A stretch of 64,000 nucleotides of DNA from the NCBI RefSeq assembly GCF_001194135.2, contig NC_068990.1, positions 86,600,595 through 86,664,594 on the forward strand, read 5' to 3'. This document shows positions 51,672-64,000 of this stretch, piece by piece. The position numbers and the translations under genes are program-made. Source of the DNA: Octopus bimaculoides. Taxonomy: Eukaryota. Under the pieces are notes generated by a model, which was not told the origin of the DNA, searched no databases, and worked only from the letters and a program-made list of their open reading frames with translations. The number at the start of each line of letters is the position of its first letter. The first letter of the stretch is position 1.

Positions 51672-51940
51672 TATATCTTCGTTCTTTGTGAATTAAGTCT
51701 ACCATTCGTTTCCTGTTAAGAAAAGTAAGAATATACCCAAGTCCCTTAACAAGTTTTCAAGCCGACCACATGGAGAAAGGTGCTCGCCTCCATTTTGGAA
51801 AAACACACCCTCATGTTTTCCAAAATGGAGGCGAACACCTTTCTCCATGTTCGGTTTGAAAAATTGTTAAGGCATTAGGATATATTCCTACTTTTCTTGA
51901 CATGGAGCCAATGATAACTTTAATTCACAAATAAAGATAT
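51672..51940. mobile_element. Fold-back / MITE-like palindromic element
   Basis: Arms of about 130 bp around a roughly 10-nt loop. The inner 35 bp (51768-51802 vs 51816-51850) match at 34/35. Flanked by TA-rich repeats. Confidence 0.85.
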
Positions 51941-51945
51941 GTATG

Positions 51946-51998
<53 letters not shown>

Positions 51999-52363
51999 AT
52001 ACAACTTCCGTCTACCAAATTTAATCACAATGTACACACACACATATGCACATGTATGTATATATGTATGTATGAATGTATGCATGTATGTATGTATGTA
52101 TGTATGTATACACACACGCGCACCCAGACACACAGACACAGATACACACACACGCACACACACACACACACACACACACGCAACTATTTCATACTACAAT
52201 TGACAAGCAGGCATGGTTTGTTTACATCTTCGTTACCTACCGATTCTGATAGAAATACTGTTAGAATGAGTGAAAGACATAAAAAGAATAAAAGATGGTT
52301 CGACTTGCTTGACTGACCTTCAAGCAGGCACCCAATGCCAGCAATGGAACGACTGAAACACGT

Positions 52364-52435
<72 letters not shown>

Positions 52436-52481
52436 ATTCCTTTATATATATATATATATTTTAAAGAATAAAAGTGACAAA

Positions 52482-52560
52482 TACAGAGGGTTGGGCAAAT
52501 CGAGAGCACCCACATTGTAGACACCTGTTTTGATTTCCCAAATTTTTGAAATACATAATT
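52482..52560 (+). mobile_element. Possible lone Tc1/mariner terminal repeat
   Basis: TA|CAGAGGGTTGGGCAAATCGAGAGCACCC resembles Tc1/mariner TIR starts. No partner end found. Confidence 0.3.
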
Positions 52561-54270
52561 CCTATTATGGAAACATCTTACGTTTAAGCGATTTAAGCTA
52601 TTAAGATAAAAATATATATAACTTCTTGTATACTGAAATGTAAGAAAGAAATACATTAAAAAAGCAAATCTTAGAATTTTAATTCGCGGAATATGATTTC
52701 TGGGAATTTAATAGAATACACTGAAAGATAAAATTACTTTAATTGTATCCTGCACGACATATATAAGATATCTGTTTACATTTGATAAATATAGTTATCT
52801 CTTACTTCTACCTGCTTTATCTCTCCACTTCCATTCTTGTGCATATGTGTACATATATGTATATATAAATACATGTGTTATGCATGTATATATCTTTACA
52901 TACGTACAGACTGAAAGACTGATAAGAAGATATTTTATGGTGGTGCTAACACGCTATCACAAATAAAGTATTTGAACAATGAAATGCGTTGTGATTAAAC
53001 ACATGGACACACGAACGCGCCCGCGTCTAGGTGTGTATGTGTATATTATATTAAGCACATGCATCTATATATTTATGTATGTGTGCAAGTGTATATAAAA
53101 CTGAATAAAAACTAAAATCATCCTAGTATCGAGAAGTTACAACACACGATATGTATAATCAAAATGTAGGATGCGGGGGCTACGGCTACTGTGGCATTTG
53201 AACGATAACCTTTTTCGTAAAATATGGCGCAGAAAACAAAACAGTACAACAGTGCTGGATGTAGAATGTTCAGCGTTACATCTTTATATACATTAACAAG
53301 CAAGGCCGTTCGAAGTTAGGAACCGAGGTTTGCCACTACGCACACCCGACAAAATGTCTGTCACAACAGAGTAAATATTACACAGTAAAATTTCTTACCT
53401 GAGAGACTTTAGTAAAAGCAATCAAGTAATCAGCATGGTACTCGTAGAAAGGCATAAAACAAGAAAAGTAAGACATAAAAAAAAACAAAGCAAAATGTCG
53501 TATATTTTAATAATAGGCAAGGAAAACGTGATTGTGGTCATACTGTGGATATCCTTTAAAATGACACACTGAAAACGCTATCTATAATATTATGATACAC
53601 TAATGATACATATCAAACATTTTGACGTACATGTATAAATGTATAAAATATTTTATCGTAGTAAGTAATCTGAGGACAGCTTCCGAAAAATAGCTGCTAA
53701 CTAAACTGGACCAATGGGTTATTTCGCAAAAGTTAAATGACCCAAAAGCATGTCACTTCAGAATATCAGTGCGTTGACAACATAATCTCTTATTGATCAT
53801 CCTAACAAGTTGATCGTAGAACGATGAAAGTAGCAGCAGCAACTTGTAATATTTCTGGTTGAAATAACAAGGAATTTATCGATAACTTAAATGTCACACC
53901 AACAATTTTTCTCTGATCTTAATGATGTAGAACTAATAATGTAAGCTTCGAAGAACGCTGCAGGATGTACAGAAGATCTCTATCACGAACGATCTTACAC
54001 AAAGCTTGTTGGAAATGGATTACAAATGAAATCCCACAGAAAAATACATAAAATTTAAAATACAGAAAACAACAACAATAAATCAGATAAATGAATAATT
54101 CAATACAACCCTTGAAATTGAGAATAAAAATGAAGCAGGTCAAGAGAAGACCAGGTCAGAAATACACGCTTCCATTGTAGAAGGTCAAAATCTAAAACTC
54201 TGATTCAGCAGAGAAACAGTTCCTGAAGGTTTTTCAAGATTTCTCTTGAATACACGTAACCAAGCTTATC

Positions 54271-54339
<69 letters not shown>

Positions 54340-54421
54340 CTTTTTGTACATATATATATATAGATATACATACACATATATGTGTGTGTGGATATGTGTG
54401 TGTTTGTGTGTGTGTGTGTGC

Positions 54422-54483
<62 letters not shown>

Positions 54484-54667
54484 TATGTGTGTGTGTGGTA
54501 TGTGTATGTTGCCTGTATCAATAAGAAAATATATCAACGGAACACATTTGCAAAGCTGTGTATACACGCCCATTGCACCACTTAAGTGGAAACAAGAATA
54601 TTGACATTGCCGATAGACTGAAATAAATCAACATTATAAGCACATCTATAACTATTTTATAGACAAT

Positions 54668-54724
<57 letters not shown>

Positions 54725-54748
54725 TAATATAAATAATATATTCATACA

Positions 54749-54817
<69 letters not shown>

Positions 54818-55405
54818 ATATATANNNNNNNNNNNNNNNNNNNNNNNNNNNNNNNNNNNNNNNNNNNNNNNNNNNNNNNNNNNNNNNNNNNNNNNNNNNN
54901 NNNNNNNNNNNNNNNNNNNNNNNNNNNNNNNNNNNNNNNNNNNNNNNNNNNNNNNNNNNNNNNNNNNNNNNNNNNNNNNNNNNNNNNNNNNNNNNNNNNN
55001 NNNNNNNNNNNNNNNNNNNNNNNNNNNNNNNNNNNNNNNNNNNNNNNNNNNNNNNNNNNNNNNNNNNNNNNNNNNNNNNNNNNNNNNNNNNNNNNNNNNN
55101 NNNNNNNNNNNNNNNNNNNNNNNNNNNNNNNNNNNNNNNNNNNNNNNNNNNNNNNNNNNNNNNNNNNNNNNNNNNNNNNNNNNNNNNNNNNNNNNNNNNN
55201 NNNNNNNNNNNNNNNNNNNNNNNNNNNNNNNNNNNNNNNNNNNNNNNNNNNNNNNNNNNNNNNNNNNNNNNNNNNNNNNNNNNNNNNNNNNNNNNNNNNN
55301 NNNNNNNNNNNNNNNNNNNNNNNNNNNNNNNNNNNNNNNNNNNNNNNNNNNNNNNNNNNNNNNNNNNNNNNNNNNNNNNNNNNNNNNNNNNNNNNNNNNN
55401 NNNNN

Positions 55406-55448
<43 letters not shown>

Positions 55449-55455
55449 ATATATG

Positions 55456-55490
<35 letters not shown>

Positions 55491-56463
55491 GACACATCTA
55501 CATACGGACATAGTCGCTGTGCTCACGCGGTCCCGGTGAAGGAGATGTGGCTGTTGTTACGTTGTTGCAATAAATCTACATTTAACTTCGATACATCATT
55601 CTTATTACTGTATAAGAAGGGCGAATTGTTACCGGGTCGGAAGGCATATATCACATGATAATGGAAGTAATAAAGATATGCCATATGTTACACGCAGTAA
55701 GTGTGTTCTATATTACTCTATAAACATTTTCAAACGATAAATGCGATGCAGATTATGGAAAGTCACAAGTCTTGTTAAAAAGAAAAATGTAAGCATGAAA
55801 TAAAATGTAATAAAATTAAAAGAATGGAAATAAAAACAAATAAATAAACTAAAAGAAAACTGCTGTCGGTGTTGCTAGAATTATCTTTCCAATTCAATCG
55901 AAATCTTATCAATGACGTTGTTGAATACAGATCATAAAACTAACAACTTAGAGGTGTGATTGGTTGTCGTCTCTTGACATCCACCTTGACCGTTTAACGA
56001 GTAGACATCTGTACATGAATTTGATTAGTAGATTGTGTCAGCAGCCATCCTTTTATGTTGTTAACTCTCACTGATGTTGTTGTTGTTGGTGTTGATGATG
56101 TTTATGTCGGCTTTGATTGAGAGTATATATGATCAAAAGTTTTCCACTTGTGTTTATTTCGTATTTCATTTAGGGCTTCGTGTTTTTAGTACCTACCTTA
56201 TCTTAGCTATTGTCTTTTTAAATATAGTAAGGTGTGATTCAAAGTATATTTGGCTTCTATTTCTTGCAGGTCGACCAACTACGTTGAAGATGAGTACCAT
56301 TAAGGGCCCATTGCTGCAGGTGGCACGTATGAGAACTTATTGGTCCATAGTTGCACCTGTGTTTCTTATGGCGCTACATCCATCAACCAGAATTACATTA
56401 TCCACAATCCAGTTACCAAATTTCCTTCAGAGCTCAGCATACCGGTTTTAAACAGTATGAATA

Positions 56464-56520
56464 TACAGGGTGCCCCAAAAAGATATACTCACTCTTTGAC
56501 TTCCCAGTACTCATGCATGT
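56464..56520 (+). mobile_element. Possible lone Tc1/mariner terminal repeat
   Basis: TA|CAGGGTGCCCCAAAAAGATATACTCAC resembles CAGGGTG.CCCAAAA-type TIRs. No partner end found. Confidence 0.45.
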
Positions 56521-58584
56521 TCCCCATAAACAACCCATAGACATACTACAACATTAAAACTATCTCCGAGAGACTTTTCCTATTCGAGAAAAATAATTAC
56601 TCAAACAGTTCATTTTCCTAATCATTTCTGTTTTATCTTGCAGCAATTCTCCAACTGCAGAAAACACAGTAATTCTAACAGGTGGACATCGATGACTAAC
56701 AGACTCGGTGCGATGCAACTATTATTACACTGCTTTCTTGTAAAGTAACGCATTCTCTCTTAGATCGCAGGTGAAAACGACTAATGCATAGAGCCTAGGC
56801 TCTGAGCACACTGCGCCAGAACGTATGCACGCCGTTTTATTCGTTTATTTTTTCGATAGATATTGTACTTTGTAAAGTATTGTTTTCCTCAGTCGTTCAC
56901 TTTTTCTCTTTTAGGTGTAGAAACTGGTTCAAATTCTCATTTTCTAGTGAAGAAAGAATCAGTCATAATTCCATCATGAATATATTGATATCAATTATTA
57001 AGTCAGGTAACAACTTCTTTCTCTGTAGTTTCAGATGTTGATGATTGCGATGGCTGGTTCCACCAAATGAAAATACTAAAGCGAGTAGTTAATTATGAAC
57101 ACGAAAAAGACGCTTTCTTTGGGTAGAACATTTTTCTCTTCTTTATGTTCTCAACAGTATTTTCTTTAACAGTTTTAAAAATGAATTCGCAACCTGTCTT
57201 TCATAGAACCAGCGAAGCACACAATAGAGGATAACTTCCAAATCTAACATTTCTCCATAATTTGTGCTTAATAATCTTGCATTCATTTTGTTTACACGTT
57301 TCATAGTGGTTAAACATGACATGCGGAAGGTTATAATAAGCTTAAACTAAGATTTGGTCTATAATCCAGTGATAATTTAGTACAAAACGATCTACAAACA
57401 GTTCGACCAATATGTCTACCGATCATCGACAGAGCTTCGTCAGTAAAAATGTTGACAAGTTTCTGAAGTTTACTTGTTTGTTCATTCTCGAAGGACGACT
57501 TGTCAAATATGCTTCACGCTCACATATTTCCGATATAAACACGTTAAAGAATATATTGACATATATGCTTTAACTGTTGCATATTAATTAGTATAGCACC
57601 GAAATTGCATATTAATTAACAGAACTCTCGACTATTATGATTATTGATTCAAAGAGTCGCGTTGAGTAAAAGTTATTCGTCTTATGTCTCAATATCTCTT
57701 CTAAATATCGTTTTTAATATAAATAAAAAATATAGATGTGCTCGTCTTAAAACATTATTGATTAAATATTAGGAATTACAAAGATCAATAACTAAAGTTT
57801 AAATATTCTAGCCATCAGTAAAACCATGTGATATGTCAACTGTCTTACTCCATCATATCCTCCTCATTCGCCGTATTTTTTCTTTCATCTTCAATACATC
57901 CCTTCATTATATCTCCCTTTCATTGTATTCATGCTAGATGTTTACTTCATATATAAATCAATATTTGACTTTCAATGCGTGGTTAAGCAAAGAAATTCTT
58001 TGGAAAAAAAAAACCACATTATATTTGTAAAGACGAATTTAAAAAAAAAATTAACTTTTGTTTCATTGCCGCAAATTCTTTTCAAAAATAATGTGATATA
58101 AAAATTGTGTACTATTTGACTAATATCAAAATCTCTGAAGTGCTTTACAGAGTAATCAAAATACATACATACATAAATATTTGTCTGTGCGTGTCTGTGT
58201 TTCTGTACTTGTATATATTACATTTTTATGGTAGAACTCGAGACAGATAATAGCGTGCGGAATATTGGGTTAAAAACTCTTTGAATGATAGAAAATCGAA
58301 GGGGTACGAAAACAAAGTGTCTGAGAACAGGAGAGAAGTGCTAATCATTTTACCAATGCAACACTTCGAGATTTCTCTAATCATTTTAGACGACATGTTC
58401 TTATCGGTGAGAATTGTAAGATGTTTGCATTATGATAATTTAGATACTACGTGATGTAACACACGCTAATATTCGTAGCTTTATCTACTTCGAGTTCCTT
58501 TATAAAACATATTTTACTTCATATATCTCAGAGCTTCTAAATTCTTATAATAACATGTGTTGTGCGAGCGTGTGCGCGCGAATG

Positions 58585-58623
<39 letters not shown>

Positions 58624-58662
58624 CGGCGCATCACCAGATCCGAAAACCAGTTGGCTTAAGGC

Positions 58663-58730
<68 letters not shown>

Positions 58731-59666
58731 CTAAGTAGCGTTGTTGAACCAGGGAATAGATTAAGGCTAGTAGCCAAGAAGAAGATAGCTTCTTTGAATG
58801 TGCTTAATAAATACTTTCTTGTACCTAAATCCATTCACAAGACATTTATCAACCTCGTGCTGTGATTGGTCACTTTTAACTGAGCTTCTATGCTTACATC
58901 ACGTATTCAGCCCAGCGTGCAGTACTTATAAGTATTGCTCCTAATAGGTTGACTAACTGTAGGTGAAAGTGTTAATCGTGCATATTATACGTCTTTAACG
59001 CTCTTCTTTGATATTAATAAAATATTACACAATTTTTATATTTATTTATTAAAAAAGAAACAATTGAAAGGCAAAGATATCATTTTAAATAACCTCTTGA
59101 GGAATAACATAAAACGTCAATGTCTAAGGGATTAAGTTAATTTATTATATAAAGGATGGTAAATATTGATTTTCTTCTTTCCTAATATGATGTTTATTTT
59201 GCAGTGTCTATTTAGATCATGTCGTCCATGATGAGAGAAATTATTTTCTCAAACAACGCACAATTTCCCTGAAGGAGTTTCTTTAAAGTCTATAAATAAA
59301 AGCTCACTGTTTAGGTGATCGTTGTATTCATACTTTTCAAATACTATTTTACCTTTACATATTTTATTTCTTTTTGTAATGTAATTGTTAAAGAAAAACC
59401 ATGATTTAAAATTTCAAAAGTAAAAATCCACAAATGTTCACGAAGGATGGACAAAGCAGAACTTTGTAGCATACGAGTGTAATATTTAAAACAAACCGAG
59501 AACAGGCTGCAATGAAGTGGCGCTACCCGCTGCATTAAGGTTGGATGAATATAAAACAATATTCAAGAATTTTAGATTTCCCAACATTTATATTGTCATT
59601 TAATTATTTCTTCAAAAAGGGAAGGGCGCGTTATTCAGATAGATTACAGTAGATATACACACACTA

Positions 59667-59799
59667 GCGCAGGCGTGGCTGTCTGGTAAGAAGCTCGCTT
59701 CACAACCACATGGTTTCCGAGTTCAGTCCCGCTGTGTGGGCAAGTGTCTTCTACTATAACGTCAGGACAACCAAAGCTTTGCGAGTGGATTTGATAGAC
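59667..59799 (+). mobile_element. SINE family A 5' half
   Basis: GCGCAGGCGTGGCTGTCTGGTAAGAAGCTCGCTT..GAGTTCAGTCCC..GAGTGGATTTGATAGAC. Confidence 0.85.
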
Positions 59800-62589
59800 T
59801 GTTCCTATTCATTCGGATTATACCACTCTAATCTTGATTGGAAATCATCACAATTTGTCCGTGAATCTTCCACTTTTTCTAGCCCTTCTTCTCGTCCTTT
59901 TTCTCGTCCTCCTTCTACCTATCTTCTTTCTATTTCTACTTTTCTGTTTTTGTCGCCACCAATAACACCTACACCGACATTCACACCCTCTTACCATGCC
60001 TGACCTAAAGAACTTTTTCTTCACCCATTCCCTTCCGGTCACTTCAGTATGTGACCACCTGTGTATCGGTTGCACCAATAAGATCAGCTGAAGATAAATA
60101 CCTGCAGGTTAACCCTTGTTGTTCTATTTACGAAGGAGTCTTGTACACTGAACTAAAACGCTTTGAAAACCTCACGAGTCAATACGTTCAAAGCAGACTT
60201 TAAACTTTAAAAAAAAAAATGTTAAACTCTGTTTTACTATTTTCTTTAAAAAATTATATATATGCTTGCTTTGACCAAACAGCAAAATTTTAAAACAAGA
60301 TTTAAAGTCCGTCTACTTAACACAATACTTAAATATTTTGATTTCATATCGTATCATGCAAAAAGAAGACAATAGTTTTACTAATGTTTCACAAACAGTA
60401 GTTGTAGTAGATCCACAATACTGGAATTGGGTGAGAGAAAGAAAACACGATAGAAATATGGCTTTAAGTAAAGTATGCAATGCTGAAATATATTCTCGCA
60501 AAACCCCAGTTAACGAAGTAAATTTTTCAGTTAAACATTAAGAAATTATTGAAGTAAGAGAAAAACAACTTATATCGCAATAAAGTTGTCGAAACAGTTA
60601 TTTCCGCTAGCAGAATAACAGAAATTCAGTTAGCAGCATTTCTAGCTTGTCATATACGTATTCGAAGTTTGCTCATTTAAGAGAACTTATTGCTCAAGGC
60701 ATTCCTTTCTTATCAATTGCAGCTAATTTGAAACTATGAAGGACAAAATGCGCGGCATTTATAAGAAATTTATTGTTGTATCCTTACTGATGTGACAAAT
60801 TAAAGAGTTAAGTAATAATCAGTTCTTGATTTTACACGACTCAACTGATATTACTTGTCAAAAGTAGTTATGTACGCATGTTGGATATTACCATAAACTA
60901 CAAAATAAAGTTGCCTTAAAGTTTCTATGGTTAATTCTAGCTACAAAATGCACGGCTGAAGTGTTGCATCGACTCGTGAGTGTTACGGGGGAGAAATATT
61001 AAAATTACTTCTGCTATAGCTTCGAAATATGTGGCAATAATAATCCTCTCTGCACGTTAATGAAATTATATAATCCTTGTTGATTCTCATAAAATGCATT
61101 TGTCAAATTAGGAAGGTTCCATGTTGCTGAAGACTTAGCTGCTACTATTTACTATAGGTTAAAAGAGACTTGGAACCTTTTCCACGATCAGTGCTACAAC
61201 GGGAATCTTACATGCAAAAATCAAAATTAATTAACAGTGATGAGAAACCAACAAAAAAGGATGCGACTTTCAACAGAGGTTACATTATAAAGAGAATTCT
61301 TAGCCAACAGGTTGCTTTAATATTGCATTTTCAAACGGCTCATTCTGATCGCAGCACGTATTAGGAAACGAAATTGCATTCCATGTACTCTGCTATAATT
61401 CATGAACTTTAACATTCATGAAATCTGTGCTGAATGAATTGGTAGAAAAACAAATTAGGTATTCTAAAAAGCAATGGTCTGATAACTGTAGTATTTTAAA
61501 TAAAGCACGCAGTTTTGCATTGCCCATGATTACAAGTATTTTGTGACTTCAATGTGTGAATCTTGAAATGTGCATAGGAATGGAATTCCATGTAAGAGAT
61601 TTAACAAAATGATAGGAGTTCTCTCACAGTTCTACTAGTAATACTTCATTAAAACAGTTCTCAAGTACAATGAAACGTTGTAAATCAGTGATGTCTAAAC
61701 TTTTTACGTGAGGTATACTGAGAGTTATTGAATTGGATGCTTATGAATATTGAAAACCTTCAAAAGATGAAAATTTGCCCTGAAGTGTTTGTTTAGGTTG
61801 TATTTACTCAACTTTGTAAATGTAGCTTTACCTTTGACTGATTAACATGAATTTGGAGAAATAAAGATTCCGTGACACACACTAGAACACTGGATTGAAT
61901 ACGTATATTTCCTAAGGCAATTCAATAGATGAATGGAAATTTTGGTCTATGAAGCAACACTTAGAAATGCAGCTGAGGAACCTTGGTTGTTGGATTTATG
62001 AAAATGATACGAGTGGTACAGTGTTTGCAAATGTAAAATTCACCATAACAAAACTAAGAAATTTACGAAAATTTCGAAATAGAAAAATTACTACTGTGAA
62101 TTTCTCACTAATGAAGCCATTCCGAAGTACGATTTAACCGTTTGTAAAAAGAGGAAATTAGTTTTGGAGAGAAAGAAATCGTTCATGTAATAAAATTATA
62201 ATTTTAATGATAACAACTTCATTGAACATCATTAAGTTATCAACTTTTTAGCATTTCGTGGTTTTATAGATTGAAACTGTTTCGGTGAGAGCAAGAAATA
62301 GAGGGAGGGGCGGCAAAGTGCGAAAGGTTGTGGCCTAGGGGTTATGTAACCGTGTGTGGTAGCAGCATTGCTGACCGGACAAAATGGGGTGACTGCTCCT
62401 TCGGCATTCAAAATGACAGTTTCCACATAAAGTTACATTTCTTAAGCGTTCACTTCTGATGGCGGGCCTTTGTATCTGAAATATATACAGGTTACTTAAT
62501 TTTCCCTTTTCACATCGTTAGAAGTTCTCTGTCTTCATCATCTGTTACACGTATTACTTCTCTATTACAATAGATACTGATTCATTGGA

Positions 62590-62741
62590 ATTTCAGTGCG
62601 TAACTGGTACTTATTTAATCAACCCCGAAAGGATGAAAGCAAAGTTGACCTCGGCGGAATTTAAACTCAAAACGTAACTGGAGACGAAATACCGCTAAGC
62701 ATTTCACCCGGCGTTCTAACGATTCTGCCAGCTCGCCGCCC
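62590..62741 (-). mobile_element. SINE family C
   Basis: CCCCGAAAGGATGAAAGC.AAAGTTGACCTCGGCGGAATTT..CTAACGATTCTGCCAGCTCGCCGCC. Confidence 0.9.
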
Positions 62742-63424
62742 TTAGAGATTACACTTATAGTCGCCGAAGTGTAAGAAGCCTTGATATTGTTCTACACCCG
62801 CGCGAGCGCGTGCGTGTGTGGCTCATTAAATACACAACTATGTTCAAGTTTATCTTTTCACTTCAGATCTTTCTTACTTATTAGCGTTTTACAATCGGTT
62901 TGGAACAACAGAATTCCTATACCCATGTCCAACGTTTCGAGGCGTTCACAACTTCATTATACAGAACTTATTTGTGTATATTACACGTTGTGTACGTTAT
63001 ATTTATGAGGATACTAACACCAAGCCCGTATCTGCCGAAGTCGGCGGCTATAATCATAGATAAACGTCAGGGCAGAGGCGAGATTTACACGTATGAAGAT
63101 CTGCTACTCTTTCAAAAACTATTCTTTTCTAGGCCTTTTAACATGCATGAGCAAATGTGTGGTGACTGCTGACTGATACAATCCCTACTTTTATAATAGT
63201 GAAGTGTTTCGTGTGACAAGGTTATATTATATGTATCGTGTTGTCAATGTTCTATATTTGCCTTATAGGATGTATTGGAAGTATATTCTATTCTTGCCGT
63301 TTAATTCACATCAACATAGATTAATATCCCCTCTAGCTGTTAGTCGATATCCAATCTCAGCAATCAAATATTTCTTTTAGATGAACTAACAATGTAACTG
63401 CCTAAATTAATGTGCGTCTATTGA

Positions 63425-63470
63425 ATATATATATACATATATATATATATGTATATATACATACATTTAT

Positions 63471-63561
<91 letters not shown>

Positions 63562-63715
63562 CACATATGTATACATATATATGTATGTACGTATTTCTAA
63601 ATATATATATGTGTATATATACATATGTATGTGTGTATACACACATATATGTATATATACATATACATATATATACATACATTCTTTTATATATATCTAT
63701 ATATATATATGTATG

Positions 63716-63749
<34 letters not shown>

Positions 63750-63755
63750 TATGAA
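63425..63755. repeat. Compound (TA)n/(CA)n/(TATG)n microsatellite
   Basis: Direct reading. Confidence 0.9.
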
Positions 63756-64000
63756 TAAGTTCTTTAATAAAACTTTCAATCAACATTATATGTAATGGGG
63801 ATGTTTAAATATTTATGAGCGATAAAATGAAGGCTTAGGGAAATAAATATTTATGGAATAATTTTAGTTTTTAAATCTGTTTATGTTTCTTTCATTTCTA
63901 ACATTGACTCAAAACCATAATATATTTCATATTTAATGTTTCGTAATTACTAAAGTTATTCTATAAACAATTCTACTACAATTGGTGTTGGAGGCGGTTG

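Noticed and set aside
56915-57122. Two in-phase exon-like segments (CRNWFKF.. and DVDDC..)
   Set aside because: The implied intron is only 28 nt, and the DVDDC is not followed by EGF cysteines.
57390-57445. Minus-strand CTGACGA..GAAC hammerhead-like motif
   Set aside because: Stem II pairs poorly, the GAAA is incomplete, and there is no stem I.
62915-62965. AACGTTTCGAGGCG.. Penelope/hammerhead-like end
   Set aside because: The CUGANGA core is absent and the stem II partner strand is missing; too degenerate to support.

Overview
AT-rich eukaryotic DNA from a draft short-read assembly. It has 17 N-gaps (about 6.2 kb in total), almost all flanked by microsatellites. The repeat vocabulary resembles what I recall from octopus genomes (inference, no search run): tRNA-headed SINEs, R4/Dong-type and L1/Tx1-type LINE relics, Tc1 and mariner relics, and very dense (TA)n/(CA)n/(TAA)n arrays. 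I cannot confidently support any host protein-coding gene. Nearly all ORF-track entries are microsatellite or gap artefacts, and the real coding signal is decayed transposon protein. The most interesting observation is a type I hammerhead ribozyme fold on the + strand at 51311-51355, with all conserved unpaired core nucleotides and a GUC cleavage triplet. It sits at the tip of a roughly 190-nt rod-like hairpin and looks like a retrozyme or Penelope-like element. Two more degenerate hammerhead-like motifs occur at 396-440 and 38165-38205. The first lies in an inverted repeat whose boundary falls at the predicted cleavage site. Other notable structures are fold-back elements, a double snap-back inversion around (TA)n arrays, a SINE family with swapped 3' modules, and R4/Dong fragments stacked in (TAA)n arrays.
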